Assembly: GCA_022772475.1 (NCBI GenBank)
Contig: JALEZQ010000014.1
Coordinates: 8,004-72,003, forward strand
Source: Bacteroidales bacterium
GTDB lineage: Bacteria > Bacteroidota > Bacteroidia > Bacteroidales > Bacteroidaceae
Length of the DNA: 64,000 bases
Direction of reading: 5' to 3'
Part shown: one piece after another, positions 10,618-20,943 of the stretch
Numbering within the stretch: the first letter of the stretch is position 1
How the letters are laid out: every line of letters begins with the position of its first letter
The notes under the pieces: generated by a model
The model's database searches: none
Seen by the model: only the letters and a program-made list of their open reading frames with translations
What the model was told of the DNA's origin: nothing
Translations under genes and position numbers: made by a program

Positions 10618-10896
10618 GGGGTGAAAGTGCAAGGGATGACTGCCGGAAACGCGCTTGCGGCACGCCTTCGGTCTGCTCGTGTTGAGGCTGTTTGGGGGCA
10701 AAGGTACAATTTTTCCGCCAAATGTTCCCGCCACAGCCCACACAAAGATGGAGGGGCCACCACATTCGCCCGTACTTTCCGTAGTGAGGCCGTGCCACGT
10801 GACGTATTTTTGACTACATTTGCGCCGGCCGGCAGTATGCTGCCAAGCCGCTTCCTTATCTTAGAAAAGACTGCTTCCTTATCTTAGTAAAGACTT

Positions 10897-12732
10897 ATGC
10901 GAACCATTCCTATAGAAGACTTCTTCCGCAACTCGGCCGAGACGGCCTACCAGATTTCCCCCGACGGCAGCCACCTGTCGTACATGGCGCCGTGGCACGA
11001 CCGCATGAACGTCTTTGTCAAGCCCCTCAGCGGCGATGCCGAGCCCGTGCGCCTCACCGGCGAGACACTGCGCAGCGTGGCGGGCTACCTCTGGGCCTCG
11101 CCCACCCGCATCCTCTTCGTCAAGGATACGGGCGGCGACGAGAACTACCAGCTCTTCGGCGTCAACATCAACGGCACGGACCTGCGCGCCTATACCTCCT
11201 TCCCCGGCGTGCGCACCACCATCATCGACGACTTGGAGGAACAGCCCGACGAGGTGCTCATCGGCCTGAACCGCCGCAACCCCGAGGTGTTCGACCCCTA
11301 CCGCCTCAACCTGACCACGGGCGAACTGACCCTGCTGGCCGAAAACCCCGGCAACTGGCAGGGATGGACCACCGACCATGACGGCCGCCTGCGCGTGGTC
11401 TATGCCATCGTCGATGGCGTCAACACGCAGATTCTCTATCGCGACAGCGAGGACGAACCCTTCGTCCCCGTGCTCACCACCAACTTCAAGGACAACGTCA
11501 CCTTCCTTGAGTTCACGCCCGACAACCGCCTGGTCTATGCCGCCACCAACCTCAACCGCGACAAGACGGCCCTCGTCCTCATGGACCCGCACACCTGCCG
11601 CGAGGTGGAGGTGCTCTACGAAGACCCCACCTACGACATCTCCAGCATCACCTACTCGCGCCGCCGCAAAAAACTGCTCTCCGTCTATTGCACGGGGCAC
11701 AAGGAGCCTGTGCGCCACTTCTTTGACGACGACGAGCGCGCCTTCCGCGAGCATCTGCGCGCCTTCTTCCCCGGCAAGCGTTACGGCATCGCCGACAGCG
11801 ACCGCGCCGAGGAGCGCTACCTGCTCTACGTCGGCGGCGACCGCACGCGCGGTGCCTACTACTATTACGACCGCGCCACGGACCAGCCGCGCCTCATCTG
11901 CCAGACTGCGCCGTGGCTCAACGAGGACGAGATGGTCGAGATGCACCCCATCACCTACGTCACCCGCGACGGCCTTCGCATCGAAGCCTACCTCTCGCTG
12001 CCTGCCGGCCATACGCCCGAAACGGCGCGGGCGCTGCCTCTGGTGGTCAATCCGCACGGTGGCCCATGGGCTCGCGATACCTGGGGCTTTTGCTCCGAGG
12101 TACAGTTTCTCTGCAACCGCGGCTATGCTGTGCTGCAGATGAACTTCCGCGGCAGCACGGGATATGGTCGCCGTTTCCTTGAGGCCAGTTACAAGCAGTG
12201 GGGACTGAAGATGCAGGACGACATCACCGACGGCGTGCGCTACCTCATCGACCGCGGCATCGCCGACCCTCAGCGTATCGCTATCTATGGTGGCAGCTAC
12301 GGCGGCTATGCCACGCTCGCCGGCCTGGCCTTCACGCCGGACCTCTACGCCTGTGGCGTGGACTACGTCGGCGTGTCGAACCTCTTTACCTTCATGAAGA
12401 CCATCCCGCCCTACTGGCGGCCGATGCTCGAGATGATGTACGAGCAGGTGGGCCATCCCGAGAAAGACCACGACCATCTGGCCGCCACCTCGCCCGCCCT
12501 CCACGCCGACTGCATCACGGCGCCGCTCTTCGTGGCACAGGGCGCCAACGACCCGCGCGTCAACAAGGCCGAGAGCGACCAGATGGTGGAGGCCCTGCGC
12601 AGCCGTGGCGTAGAGGTGGAGTATATGGTCAAGGACGATGAAGGCCACGGCTTCCACAACGAGGAAAACCGCTTCGACTTCTACCGCGCCATGGAGCGCT
12701 TCTTGGCCCGCCACATCGGCGCCGAGCGCTGA
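10897..12732 (+). CDS. S9 family peptidase (acylaminoacyl/dipeptidyl peptidase)
   Basis: HGGPW, GGSYGGY, DPRV, EGHGF. Confidence 0.92.
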   Translation: MRTIPIEDFFRNSAETAYQISPDGSHLSYMAPWHDRMNVFVKPLSGDAEPVRLTGETLRSVAGYLWASPTRILFVKDTGGDENYQLFGVNINGTDLRAYTSFPGVRTTIIDDLEEQPDEVLIGLNRRNPEVFDPYRLNLTTGELTLLAENPGNWQGWTTDHDGRLRVVYAIVDGVNTQILYRDSEDEPFVPVLTTNFKDNVTFLEFTPDNRLVYAATNLNRDKTALVLMDPHTCREVEVLYEDPTYDISSITYSRRRKKLLSVYCTGHKEPVRHFFDDDERAFREHLRAFFPGKRYGIADSDRAEERYLLYVGGDRTRGAYYYYDRATDQPRLICQTAPWLNEDEMVEMHPITYVTRDGLRIEAYLSLPAGHTPETARALPLVVNPHGGPWARDTWGFCSEVQFLCNRGYAVLQMNFRGSTGYGRRFLEASYKQWGLKMQDDITDGVRYLIDRGIADPQRIAIYGGSYGGYATLAGLAFTPDLYACGVDYVGVSNLFTFMKTIPPYWRPMLEMMYEQVGHPEKDHDHLAATSPALHADCITAPLFVAQGANDPRVNKAESDQMVEALRSRGVEVEYMVKDDEGHGFHNEENRFDFYRAMERFLARHIGAER

Positions 12733-12785
12733 GTGTGCGCCACACGACCGACACACCTAATCCAACAACACGATAACCACTGACT

Positions 12786-14291
12786 ATGACAAGACCTTTC
12801 CTTGCTCTGCCCGTCGGCGCCCTGTGCTTGGCCGCGGGCTTGCATGCTGCCGCACAGCGGCCGCCGCACATCATCCTGCTCATGGCCGACCAGCAGCGCG
12901 CCGATGCCATGGGCTGCGCCGGCAACGCCGCCGTCCTCACGCCCCACCTCGATGCGCTGGCGGCCGACGGCTACCGCTTCAACCACGCCTACTCCACCTG
13001 TCCGAGTAGTACGCCGGCTCGTGCCACGCTGCTCACGGGGCTCGCGCCCTGGCACCACGGCATGTTGGGCTACGGCGTCGTGGCCGAGCACTACCGCTAC
13101 GAGATGCCACGGATGTTGCGCCGGAAGGGCTACTACACCCTTGGCATCGGCAAGATGCACTGGCATCCGCAGCGTGCCCTCCACGGTTTCCACGCCACGC
13201 TGCTCGACGAGAGCGGCCGCATCGAAGACCCCTACTTCATGAGCGACTACCGCCGCTGGTTCCTCACGCAGGCGCCGGCTGCCAATCCCGACGCCACGGG
13301 CTTGGGATGGAATGCGCACGGCGCACGCCCCTACGCCCTGCCCGAACGCCTGCACCCCACGGTGTGGACGGCCGATCGTGCCGTCGAGGTCATCCAAAAC
13401 TATGATGGCCAAGCGCCGCTCTTCCTCAAGGTGTCGTTCGCACGGCCTCATAGTCCCTACGACCCGCCGCAGCGCCTGCTCGACCTTTATGCCGGCCGCG
13501 CCATCCCTGCTCCCGCCGCCGGCGCGTGGAGCGAGGGGGTGGGAAAGAAGGTCACGCGGCCCGAAGCCTCGCCCGAAGCCCCCTATGCCCAGTTTGCAGC
13601 CGACTATATCGAGCGTTCGCGCCGCCACTACTACGCCTCCGTCAGCTTTGTGGACGAGCAGGTAGGGCGCATTGTCAAGGCCCTGCGTGAACGCGGCATG
13701 TACGACGACGCCCTCATCATCTACGTCTCGGACCACGGCGACATGATGGGCGACCACCACATGTGGCGCAAGACCTACGCCTACGAGGGCTCGGCGGCCA
13801 TCCCCATGCTGCTCAAACTGCCCGCCGCCATGCCCGCTGTGGCTAAGCGTGGCACGGCCATCGACCGGCCCGTCGAACTGCGTGACGTCCTGCCCACCTT
13901 CCTTGAGGCGGCGGGCGACACCATCCCCGCCGACATGGACGGCGCCTCGCTCCTGCCCTTAGTGTGCCGCAAGGATGCGCCCTGGCGACGCTGGATAGAC
14001 CTGGAACATGCCACCTGCTACAGCGCCGACAACAACTGGTGCGCCCTGACCGACGGACACATGAAGTACGTCTGGTGCTGGACCACCGGTACCGAGCAAC
14101 TCTTCGATCTGGACCGCGACCCGCAGGAGACCACCGACGTCGCCGCCGAGCGCCGCTACCGCAAGACGCTCGCCGCCATGCGTCAGGCTCTGGCCGACCA
14201 CATGGCCGAGCGCGGTGCGGCATGGAGCGAGAACGGCCAACTCAAGGTGCGCAAGCACAAGACGCTCTACAGTCCGAACTATCCGAAATGA
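12786..14291 (+). CDS. secreted arylsulfatase (Ser-type SxPxR)
   Basis: Signal peptide, DQQRAD, STPARATLLTG, GKMH, SDHGD. Confidence 0.9.
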   Translation: MTRPFLALPVGALCLAAGLHAAAQRPPHIILLMADQQRADAMGCAGNAAVLTPHLDALAADGYRFNHAYSTCPSSTPARATLLTGLAPWHHGMLGYGVVAEHYRYEMPRMLRRKGYYTLGIGKMHWHPQRALHGFHATLLDESGRIEDPYFMSDYRRWFLTQAPAANPDATGLGWNAHGARPYALPERLHPTVWTADRAVEVIQNYDGQAPLFLKVSFARPHSPYDPPQRLLDLYAGRAIPAPAAGAWSEGVGKKVTRPEASPEAPYAQFAADYIERSRRHYYASVSFVDEQVGRIVKALRERGMYDDALIIYVSDHGDMMGDHHMWRKTYAYEGSAAIPMLLKLPAAMPAVAKRGTAIDRPVELRDVLPTFLEAAGDTIPADMDGASLLPLVCRKDAPWRRWIDLEHATCYSADNNWCALTDGHMKYVWCWTTGTEQLFDLDRDPQETTDVAAERRYRKTLAAMRQALADHMAERGAAWSENGQLKVRKHKTLYSPNYPK

Positions 14292-14364
14292 TGGCGTAGC
14301 GACGTTGCGTCAAAGCGTCCGCCGCCTCTGTTGGCACAGCGGTGCGCCATCCCCACCAAAAAAC

Positions 14365-14402
14365 AAATTCCCCTGTATGCGCACGGCATACAGGGGAATT
14401 TT
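14365..14402. terminator. bidirectional intrinsic terminator between the sulfatase and pflB
   Basis: aaattcccctgtatgc-gcacg-gcatacaggggaatttt. Confidence 0.8.
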
Positions 14403-14437
14403 CTATAGGTGTCCGCCCCTTGCGTGGGGCTGGCGTA

Positions 14438-16666
14438 TTACATACGTTCGTGGAACGAGCGGGAGATAACCTCGAGCTGGTGTTCGCGCGAGAGCTTGAC
14501 GAAGTTTACAGCGTAGCCGCTGACGCGGATGGTGAGCTGCGGATACTTCTCGGGGTGCTCCATGGCATCGTAGAGCATGTCGCGGTTGAGGACGTTCACG
14601 TTGAGGTGGTGGGCACCCTTGGTGAAGTAGCCGTCCATCATCGTCACCAGGTTATCCACGCGCTCCTCTTCCGTAGGACCGAGCGACTTGGGCACGATGG
14701 AGAAGGTGTTGGAGATACCGTCCTGCGAGTCGCGGTAGCGCAGCTTGGCCACGCTGGAGAGCGAAGCGATGGCACCGCTGTGGTCGCGGCCGTGCATGGG
14801 GTTGGCACCGGGAGCGAAGGCAACGCCCTTGGCGCGGCCGTCGGGGGTGGCACCCGTCTTCTTGCCGTACATCACGTTGCTGGTGATGGTCAGCAGGGAG
14901 AGCGTCGGGCGGGCGTTCTTGTAAACGGGCAGCTTCTTGAGCTCTTCGGTGAAGAAGTAAACCAGGTCAACGCCGAGGTGGTCAACGCGGTCGTCGTTGT
15001 TACCGAAGCAGGGGAACTCGCCCTCAATGTCGAAGCCCTCGGTCAGGCCCATCTCGTTGCGGCGAGCCGTCACCTTGGCATACTTGATGGCCGAGAGGCT
15101 GTCCAGAGCGATGGAGAGGCCGGCGGCGCCGTAGGCGATGTTGATGCGCGGGTTGGTATCGACGAAGGCCATCTGAGCCTTTTCGTAGTAGTACTTGTCG
15201 TGCATGTAGTGGATGATGTTCATTGCCTCGTTGTAGATGCGGGCAATGTGCGTCAGCACCAGCTTGTAGTTGTCGAGCACTTCTTCAAAGTTGAGCACGT
15301 CGCTGCTGAGCTGGGGAATGCCCTCGATCATCACTGTACCCGTGTTTTCGCAACGGCCACCGTTGATGGCGAGCAGCAGAGCCTTGGCCAGGTTGCAGCG
15401 TGCGCCGAAGAACTGGATCTGGCGGCCGATGTCCTGGAACGATACGCAGCAGGCGATACCGTAGTCGTCGCTGTGGCGCACCTCGCGCATGAGGTTGTCG
15501 TTCTCATACTGGATGGAGCTGGTGTCAACCGATACCTTGGCGCAGAATGCCTTGAAGCCTTCGGGCAGTTCGGGGCTCCACAGTACGGTGAGGTTGGGCT
15601 CGGGCGAGGGACCGAGGTTGTAGAGCGTCTGGAGGAAGCGGAACGAGGTCTTCGTTACCTTCGTGCGGCCGTCGTTGAAGCGTCCGCCGATGGCCTCGGT
15701 CACCCAGGTGGGGTCGCCGGCGAAGATGTCGTTGTAAGAGCCCATGCGCAGGTGGCGTACCATGCGGAGCTTGATGACGAACTGGTCGATGAGTTCCTGA
15801 GCGAAGGTCTCGTCGATGAGGCCGTGCTTGAGGTCGTGCTCGATGTAGATGTCGAGGAACGACGATACGTTACCGAGCGACATGGCGGCACCGTCCTGCT
15901 CCTTGACAGCGGCGAGGTAGGCCATATATACCCACTGTACGGCTTCGTGTGCCGTCTGTGCGGGGCGGTTGAGCTCGAGGCCGTAGATGTCGCCGAGCTG
16001 CTTGATCTCGTTGAGAGCCTTGATCTGCTCCGATACCTCTTCGCGCAGGCGGATGCGGTCGTCCGTCATGGGGCCGGTCAGACCCTTGAGGTCCTGCTTC
16101 TTGGCCTCGATGAGGCGGTCGGTGCCGTAGAGGGCCAGACGGCGGTAGTCGCCGATGATGCGGCCGCGGGCGTAGTTGTCGGGCAGACCCGTCAGGAAGC
16201 CCAGCGAGCGGAAGCGGCGGATCTCCTCGGTATATACGTCGAAGACGCCGTCGTTGTGGGTCTTGCGGTAGTGGGTAAAGATGTCCTTCACCTTGGGGCT
16301 AACCTCCACGCCGTTTTCGGCGCAAGCCTTCTCAACCACCTTGATGCCGCCGAAGGGCTTGATGGCGCGGCGAAGCAGTTCGTCGGTCTGCAGACCTACA
16401 ATCAGTTCGCTGTCCTTCTCGATGTAGCCGGCAGCGTGCGAGGTGATGGTCGATACGGTATTGGGGTCGAGCGAGCGGATGCCGTTGTTGGCGCGCTCCT
16501 CTTCGAGGGCTTTCAGACATACGTTCCAAACGCGGAGAGTGCGCTCGGTGGGACCTACGAGGAACGAAGCGTCGCCCTCGTACGGGGTGATGTTCTTGCG
16601 AACAAAGTTGGTAACGTCGATCTTCTGGTTCCACGAACCTTCGATGAAGTGAGAAAGGATATCCAT
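14438..16666 (-). CDS. pflB: pyruvate formate-lyase
   Basis: IACCVS active-site cysteines and RVSGYAV glycyl-radical loop; start MDILSHF. Confidence 0.97.
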   Translation of the reverse strand: MDILSHFIEGSWNQKIDVTNFVRKNITPYEGDASFLVGPTERTLRVWNVCLKALEEERANNGIRSLDPNTVSTITSHAAGYIEKDSELIVGLQTDELLRRAIKPFGGIKVVEKACAENGVEVSPKVKDIFTHYRKTHNDGVFDVYTEEIRRFRSLGFLTGLPDNYARGRIIGDYRRLALYGTDRLIEAKKQDLKGLTGPMTDDRIRLREEVSEQIKALNEIKQLGDIYGLELNRPAQTAHEAVQWVYMAYLAAVKEQDGAAMSLGNVSSFLDIYIEHDLKHGLIDETFAQELIDQFVIKLRMVRHLRMGSYNDIFAGDPTWVTEAIGGRFNDGRTKVTKTSFRFLQTLYNLGPSPEPNLTVLWSPELPEGFKAFCAKVSVDTSSIQYENDNLMREVRHSDDYGIACCVSFQDIGRQIQFFGARCNLAKALLLAINGGRCENTGTVMIEGIPQLSSDVLNFEEVLDNYKLVLTHIARIYNEAMNIIHYMHDKYYYEKAQMAFVDTNPRINIAYGAAGLSIALDSLSAIKYAKVTARRNEMGLTEGFDIEGEFPCFGNNDDRVDHLGVDLVYFFTEELKKLPVYKNARPTLSLLTITSNVMYGKKTGATPDGRAKGVAFAPGANPMHGRDHSGAIASLSSVAKLRYRDSQDGISNTFSIVPKSLGPTEEERVDNLVTMMDGYFTKGAHHLNVNVLNRDMLYDAMEHPEKYPQLTIRVSGYAVNFVKLSREHQLEVISRSFHERM

Positions 16667-17097
16667 AGTGCTATATAAAGTTGTATGGGTAAGGATTCTT
16701 TGAATAGGTTTACTGCACTCTTTTTGTTTCCGTGTGCAAAGATACGGCCTTTTTCTCATACGGCAAAGATTGAAAAGCACAAATTCACAGAAATTGTGCG
16801 ATAAAATGCCCACATTATCAGTTGGATAAGTTTTTGCAAGGCGTACCTGTCATCCGGTCCTTCTGAATGCTAACTGTGCATGTCAACCGAGCGGGCTTCT
16901 GTCCGCACCTTGCGGCACATGTTTCGGTGGCGGTGCTCCTTTTTTTCTCGCCGCCTGTCCGGCCCGAGCATTGTTCGCCTGTCCGGTTGGCTGACGGCGT
17001 AGGTCATGTAGGGAAAAGCGTCGCGCACAGACCGTAGCCGTTAACATCTCTTTGCAGAAGCATCGTGAAGAGGGGTTGTAAACATACGTTAAAACCG

Positions 17098-17172
17098 ATT
17101 TGCATTTCGGCCGTCGGCGTTGTATCTTTGCATAGCAGACAGAGAAAGGGGACCATCACGGCCCCCTTTTTT
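17098..17172 (+). promoter_or_regulatory. Bacteroidetes sigma-A promoter followed directly by a hairpin-U terminator (candidate tiny RNA), module copy 1
   Basis: TTTG(-33)...TATCTTTG(-7, 17123-17130), then aaaggggacc-atcac-ggccccc-tttttt; promoter matches 41668-41702. Confidence 0.55.
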
Positions 17173-17192
17173 CATATCTTATTGTGCATATA

Positions 17193-17249
17193 CAGTTTGG
17201 GCGACAGGTTTTACGGTCGCCCAAACCGTAAAACCTGTCGCCCAAACTG
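17193..17249. repeat. triple CNGT-N7-ACNG array (21-bp period) forming a perfect palindrome with 25-bp arms
   Basis: cagtttgggcgacag-N6-cggtcgcccaaaccg-N6-ctgtcgcccaaactg. Confidence 0.85.
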
Positions 17250-17449
17250 AAACTTCTGTACAGCTTACTCTGTTTTCGCTCGCTTTTTCTCGCACGAAGT
17301 GTTAACGCAGCGTTAATCTTACTTAAACATTCTTAAATCGGGAAGCGCCGACGGCGCCCGCGCGGCACCTGAAACGTGTCGGTTTTTGGCAAAAATCGGG
17401 GCGGCAAAGCCTTTGGCGCTGCGTCCGTTTGATGTGGCGGAAAGGCCGT

Positions 17450-18655
17450 TTAGAACCTGTAGCGCGAGCGGCGGATGGTCTGCCGATAGACCAGGAAGGT
17501 GGTGGCGAAGTAGATGCCGGCCAAGAGCCAGAGGTTGAGCCACTCGTGGCGCGCTTCGTAGAGCGTGGCGCCCATATTGTTGATTTTCAGAAAACCATTG
17601 ATGCCGAAGGTAGAGGGAATGCACCACGACACCACCTTCCACATGGGCGGCACGGCCGTACCGGGCCACGATACGCCCGAGATGAAGAGCAGCAGCACCG
17701 AACTGAACACGAAGAGCATGATGCACGTCTCGCGGTGGCGCACTACGGCCGAGAGGGTCATGGCAAAGAAGATGGAGGCCAGCAGGAAGGGCAGGACGAA
17801 GAGGGCAAGGTCGGCAGGGTTGCCAATCTGGTTGAGGCGGAACAGGTGAGGTACGACGCCCAGCACATAGATGCTGACGGGGATGTAGATGAGGGCATAG
17901 GCGGCAGCCTTGCCCAAAAGGATGCTCAGCGTGCCGCCACGGCAGTACTGGATGGGCACGAGGCTGCGCAGCGTGTTGCGCTCGCGGGCCGTTCCCGCCG
18001 ACATGCCGACGCCCAGAATGAGCGTCTGCTGGATGATGAGGATGAGTACGGCGGGGATGAGGAAGGCGGCGAAGCCGTTGGTGGGGTTGTAGAGGCTGAC
18101 CTCTTCGTAGGCGATGGGGTGCTCGGTGATTTCCTCTTCACGGTTGGTGGTCTTGCCGGCGCGGTCCACCTTGATGTCGGCGTTCATGGTGAGCGATACG
18201 TTGGTATTGGCGGTGAGCAGGGCCTTGTAGTAGAGCAGGCCACTCATGTCGCAAAACAGGCGCACGTTCACTTGCTCTCCGTTGTGCAGACGGTCGCTGA
18301 AGTCGTAGGGCACCAGGATGATGCCGTAGGCTTCTCGCCGGTTTACCCACGTCCGGGCCTCGTCAAGCGAGGCGGCGTGGTGGACGAGGCGCACATCGGG
18401 CGTGGCATCGATGAGGCGCAGGTACTGCCGGCTGGTGGTTGTGCCGCTCTGGTCAACGACGACGGCAGGCACCTCGCGGACAGTTTCGTTGTTGTAAATA
18501 AAGGTGTAGATAAGCGGGTACAGCAGCGGTACGATCAGGAAAAAGACGAGCACACCCTGATCGGTCACGGACAGATGGAGCTCGTGGACCATGAAGTGCA
18601 TGAAGCGCCGCCGGAAAGACGACGTCATGTCGGGCTTATCGCGTTTGTCGGACAT
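17450..18655 (-). CDS. ABC-2 type permease (YbhR/YhhJ-like)
   Basis: N-terminal TM, VVDQS, YNPTNGFAAFLIPAVL, TM bundle. Confidence 0.88.
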   Translation of the reverse strand: MSDKRDKPDMTSSFRRRFMHFMVHELHLSVTDQGVLVFFLIVPLLYPLIYTFIYNNETVREVPAVVVDQSGTTTSRQYLRLIDATPDVRLVHHAASLDEARTWVNRREAYGIILVPYDFSDRLHNGEQVNVRLFCDMSGLLYYKALLTANTNVSLTMNADIKVDRAGKTTNREEEITEHPIAYEEVSLYNPTNGFAAFLIPAVLILIIQQTLILGVGMSAGTARERNTLRSLVPIQYCRGGTLSILLGKAAAYALIYIPVSIYVLGVVPHLFRLNQIGNPADLALFVLPFLLASIFFAMTLSAVVRHRETCIMLFVFSSVLLLFISGVSWPGTAVPPMWKVVSWCIPSTFGINGFLKINNMGATLYEARHEWLNLWLLAGIYFATTFLVYRQTIRRSRYRF

Positions 18656-18668
18656 TGCGGAAAGAAGG

Positions 18669-19826
18669 CTAAGGGGTGTAGGGAACGTAGAGCATGACGT
18701 GGCGCAGGCGTCGCATCAGCACCATGGGCAGGACGGCGAAGGCCAGCAGCGCCACGGCGTAAGGCCAGGCGTTGGATAGGGGCAGGCCGTCGAGGGCGCA
18801 GTTGACGTAGAGCAGAAAATAGTGGCGCAGGGGGAAGAGCCAGGCCAGCCCCTGAAGGGCAGGGTGCATGGCCATGACGGGGAACGACATGCCGCAGATG
18901 CTGAACGACAGTACACCCCAGAGCGAGGCAAAACTCAGACCCAGACGGAGCGACGGCAGCATGGCGAACATGAAGACGCCCAGCCCCTGAGCGCCAAGGA
19001 TGCCCAGCGTCATGACAATCATCATCGTGCCGATGCCGGCATGGCAGGGGAAGCGCAGGTGGACATAGAGGTACCATACGATGAACAGGCCGACCAGCAG
19101 GAAAACCACCGTCTGCGCCAGCAGTTTGCCGCCCACGGCGGTCCATATCTGCCCCTTGGCTTTGGCGAGCCATGAGCCTACTGTGCCCTGCTTCACCTCG
19201 ATGCCAAGACCATAGACCGTCACCATGAAAATGAAAATCATGAGCACGCCGGGAATGAGCGTGTTGCATAGATAGACGCTGTAGTTGAGCCAAGGGTTGC
19301 CGATGGCGTAGGTGTCGATGACGATGGGCTGGAGGAAGGCCATGGCCTGCTCTTCGCGTGCCCCCTTGGCATAGAGCACACTGCGCGTGGCAGCGCCCGA
19401 AGCCAGTTCGGACATGGTGCGCATGTCGCGGTAGAGCAGCGAGCCCGCCACGAGGTAGGCATAGTTTGTGTAGAACGACACGGTGGGGATTTCCTGCCGC
19501 TGTGCCTTTCGCGACGTGCCCTGCGGGATGTAGTAGAACCCGTAGATATCGCCCTGCTGCACGGCACGCCGGGCTTCCGTCACCGAAGGGTAGCACTGCG
19601 TCACGGCAGCCGCCTGGAAGGCATCGAGGTTGCGGGTGATCGAGCGCGAAGTGGTGGTATTGTCCTGGTCGACGATGCCGATGGGCAGGTTTTGCGGCAG
19701 ACCGCTGTCCATGAGCGTGGTGAAGAAAATCACGCTGAGGATGGGCGCTGCCACGAGGCAGAACCAGTAGAGCGGTTGGCGCACCATGCGGCACATTTCG
19801 CGGCTGATGACGGCGAAAAGAGTCAT
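18669..19826 (-). CDS. ABC-2 type permease (YbhS-like)
   Basis: LPIGIVDQD, NPWLNYSVYL, TM bundle. Confidence 0.88.
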   Translation of the reverse strand: MTLFAVISREMCRMVRQPLYWFCLVAAPILSVIFFTTLMDSGLPQNLPIGIVDQDNTTTSRSITRNLDAFQAAAVTQCYPSVTEARRAVQQGDIYGFYYIPQGTSRKAQRQEIPTVSFYTNYAYLVAGSLLYRDMRTMSELASGAATRSVLYAKGAREEQAMAFLQPIVIDTYAIGNPWLNYSVYLCNTLIPGVLMIFIFMVTVYGLGIEVKQGTVGSWLAKAKGQIWTAVGGKLLAQTVVFLLVGLFIVWYLYVHLRFPCHAGIGTMMIVMTLGILGAQGLGVFMFAMLPSLRLGLSFASLWGVLSFSICGMSFPVMAMHPALQGLAWLFPLRHYFLLYVNCALDGLPLSNAWPYAVALLAFAVLPMVLMRRLRHVMLYVPYTP

Positions 19827-19888
19827 AAGCAAAGAAGTGTTCTGTGGAGAAAGAAGAGGATAGGTGGTGCCTTTGATTTGACAGCACC

Positions 19889-20875
19889 TTACTTGAAGAG
19901 TACCGACATGCCCGGACGCAGACCTTCAATGGGCTTAGTGGGTGCGGCCTTCACCTCGAAGGTGCGCATGTCATACTGCCCCGTGGTCTTGGTGGCCTTC
20001 CATGCTGCAAAACTGCCCAGGTCGCGCTGGTGATAGACCACGAGTTCCACCTCGCGGTTGCCAAGGGCAGGAATGACGGCCTGTATGCGGCCGTTCACCG
20101 GAAAACTGGCCAGATGGTCTTCGCGCACGTTGAAGGCCACCCACATACGCTCCATGACGGCCACGTTCATGATGGGGGCACCCGTGCCGACCAGTTCGCC
20201 CTCCTGCGGGAATATCTCCGTCACCTCGCCGTCGTGGAGCGCCAGCAGCACCGTCTCGTCCACATACGACGACACCTCGCTGACAGCCCCCTTGGCGCGT
20301 TCCACCTGTGCGGCAGCCGCCTCACGGTCGGCCTGCTCGGCGCCGTTGACCGCCATGTCATACTGCGCCTTGGCCGCGCGCTCCGTGGCGATGGCGGCAT
20401 CGCGCTGCGCCGTGATTTCGTCCAGTCGCTGCGCCGTGACCACATGGTCGTCATAGAGCGCCTTGGTGCGGGCATACGACTTCTCCATGACGGTGAGCGC
20501 CGCCTTGGCCTTCTGCCACATCTCGTAGGCCGCGCGTACCTGTTCGGCGCGGGCGCTGCCCGTGGCCTTGCGCTGCATGGCCGCAGCGGCGTCGCGGGCG
20601 GCCTCGGCCTGCGACAGTTTGGCCTGAACGTCGGGCGCCTCGAGGAGTGCCAGCGTGTCGCCGGCATGTACCGTCTGGCCTTCACGCACCCGGATGGAGA
20701 GTACGCGGCCCGGCACCTTGCTCGACACGCGGTATTCATCGACATCTACCTGGCCCTGGATGGTGTCGTCCACCTCGCTGTAGGCATAGAGGCCCATCAG
20801 GATGGCCGCCGTAGTGACGACAAGCAGAATGGCTATCGACGGCAGGAGATTTAGTTTGTTATTCTTCTCTGACAT
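19889..20875 (-). CDS. HlyD family membrane-fusion protein
   Basis: Lipoyl-like VSSKVPGRV...EGQTV, coiled coil, LRPGMSV. Confidence 0.9.
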   Translation of the reverse strand: MSEKNNKLNLLPSIAILLVVTTAAILMGLYAYSEVDDTIQGQVDVDEYRVSSKVPGRVLSIRVREGQTVHAGDTLALLEAPDVQAKLSQAEAARDAAAAMQRKATGSARAEQVRAAYEMWQKAKAALTVMEKSYARTKALYDDHVVTAQRLDEITAQRDAAIATERAAKAQYDMAVNGAEQADREAAAAQVERAKGAVSEVSSYVDETVLLALHDGEVTEIFPQEGELVGTGAPIMNVAVMERMWVAFNVREDHLASFPVNGRIQAVIPALGNREVELVVYHQRDLGSFAAWKATKTTGQYDMRTFEVKAAPTKPIEGLRPGMSVLFK

Positions 20876-20943
20876 AAGACAATAAGTGTGTTTGTTTTAT
20901 TCTTGTTCAACGTAAGGATGCGTGCTTCGTCATGTCGCATGCT

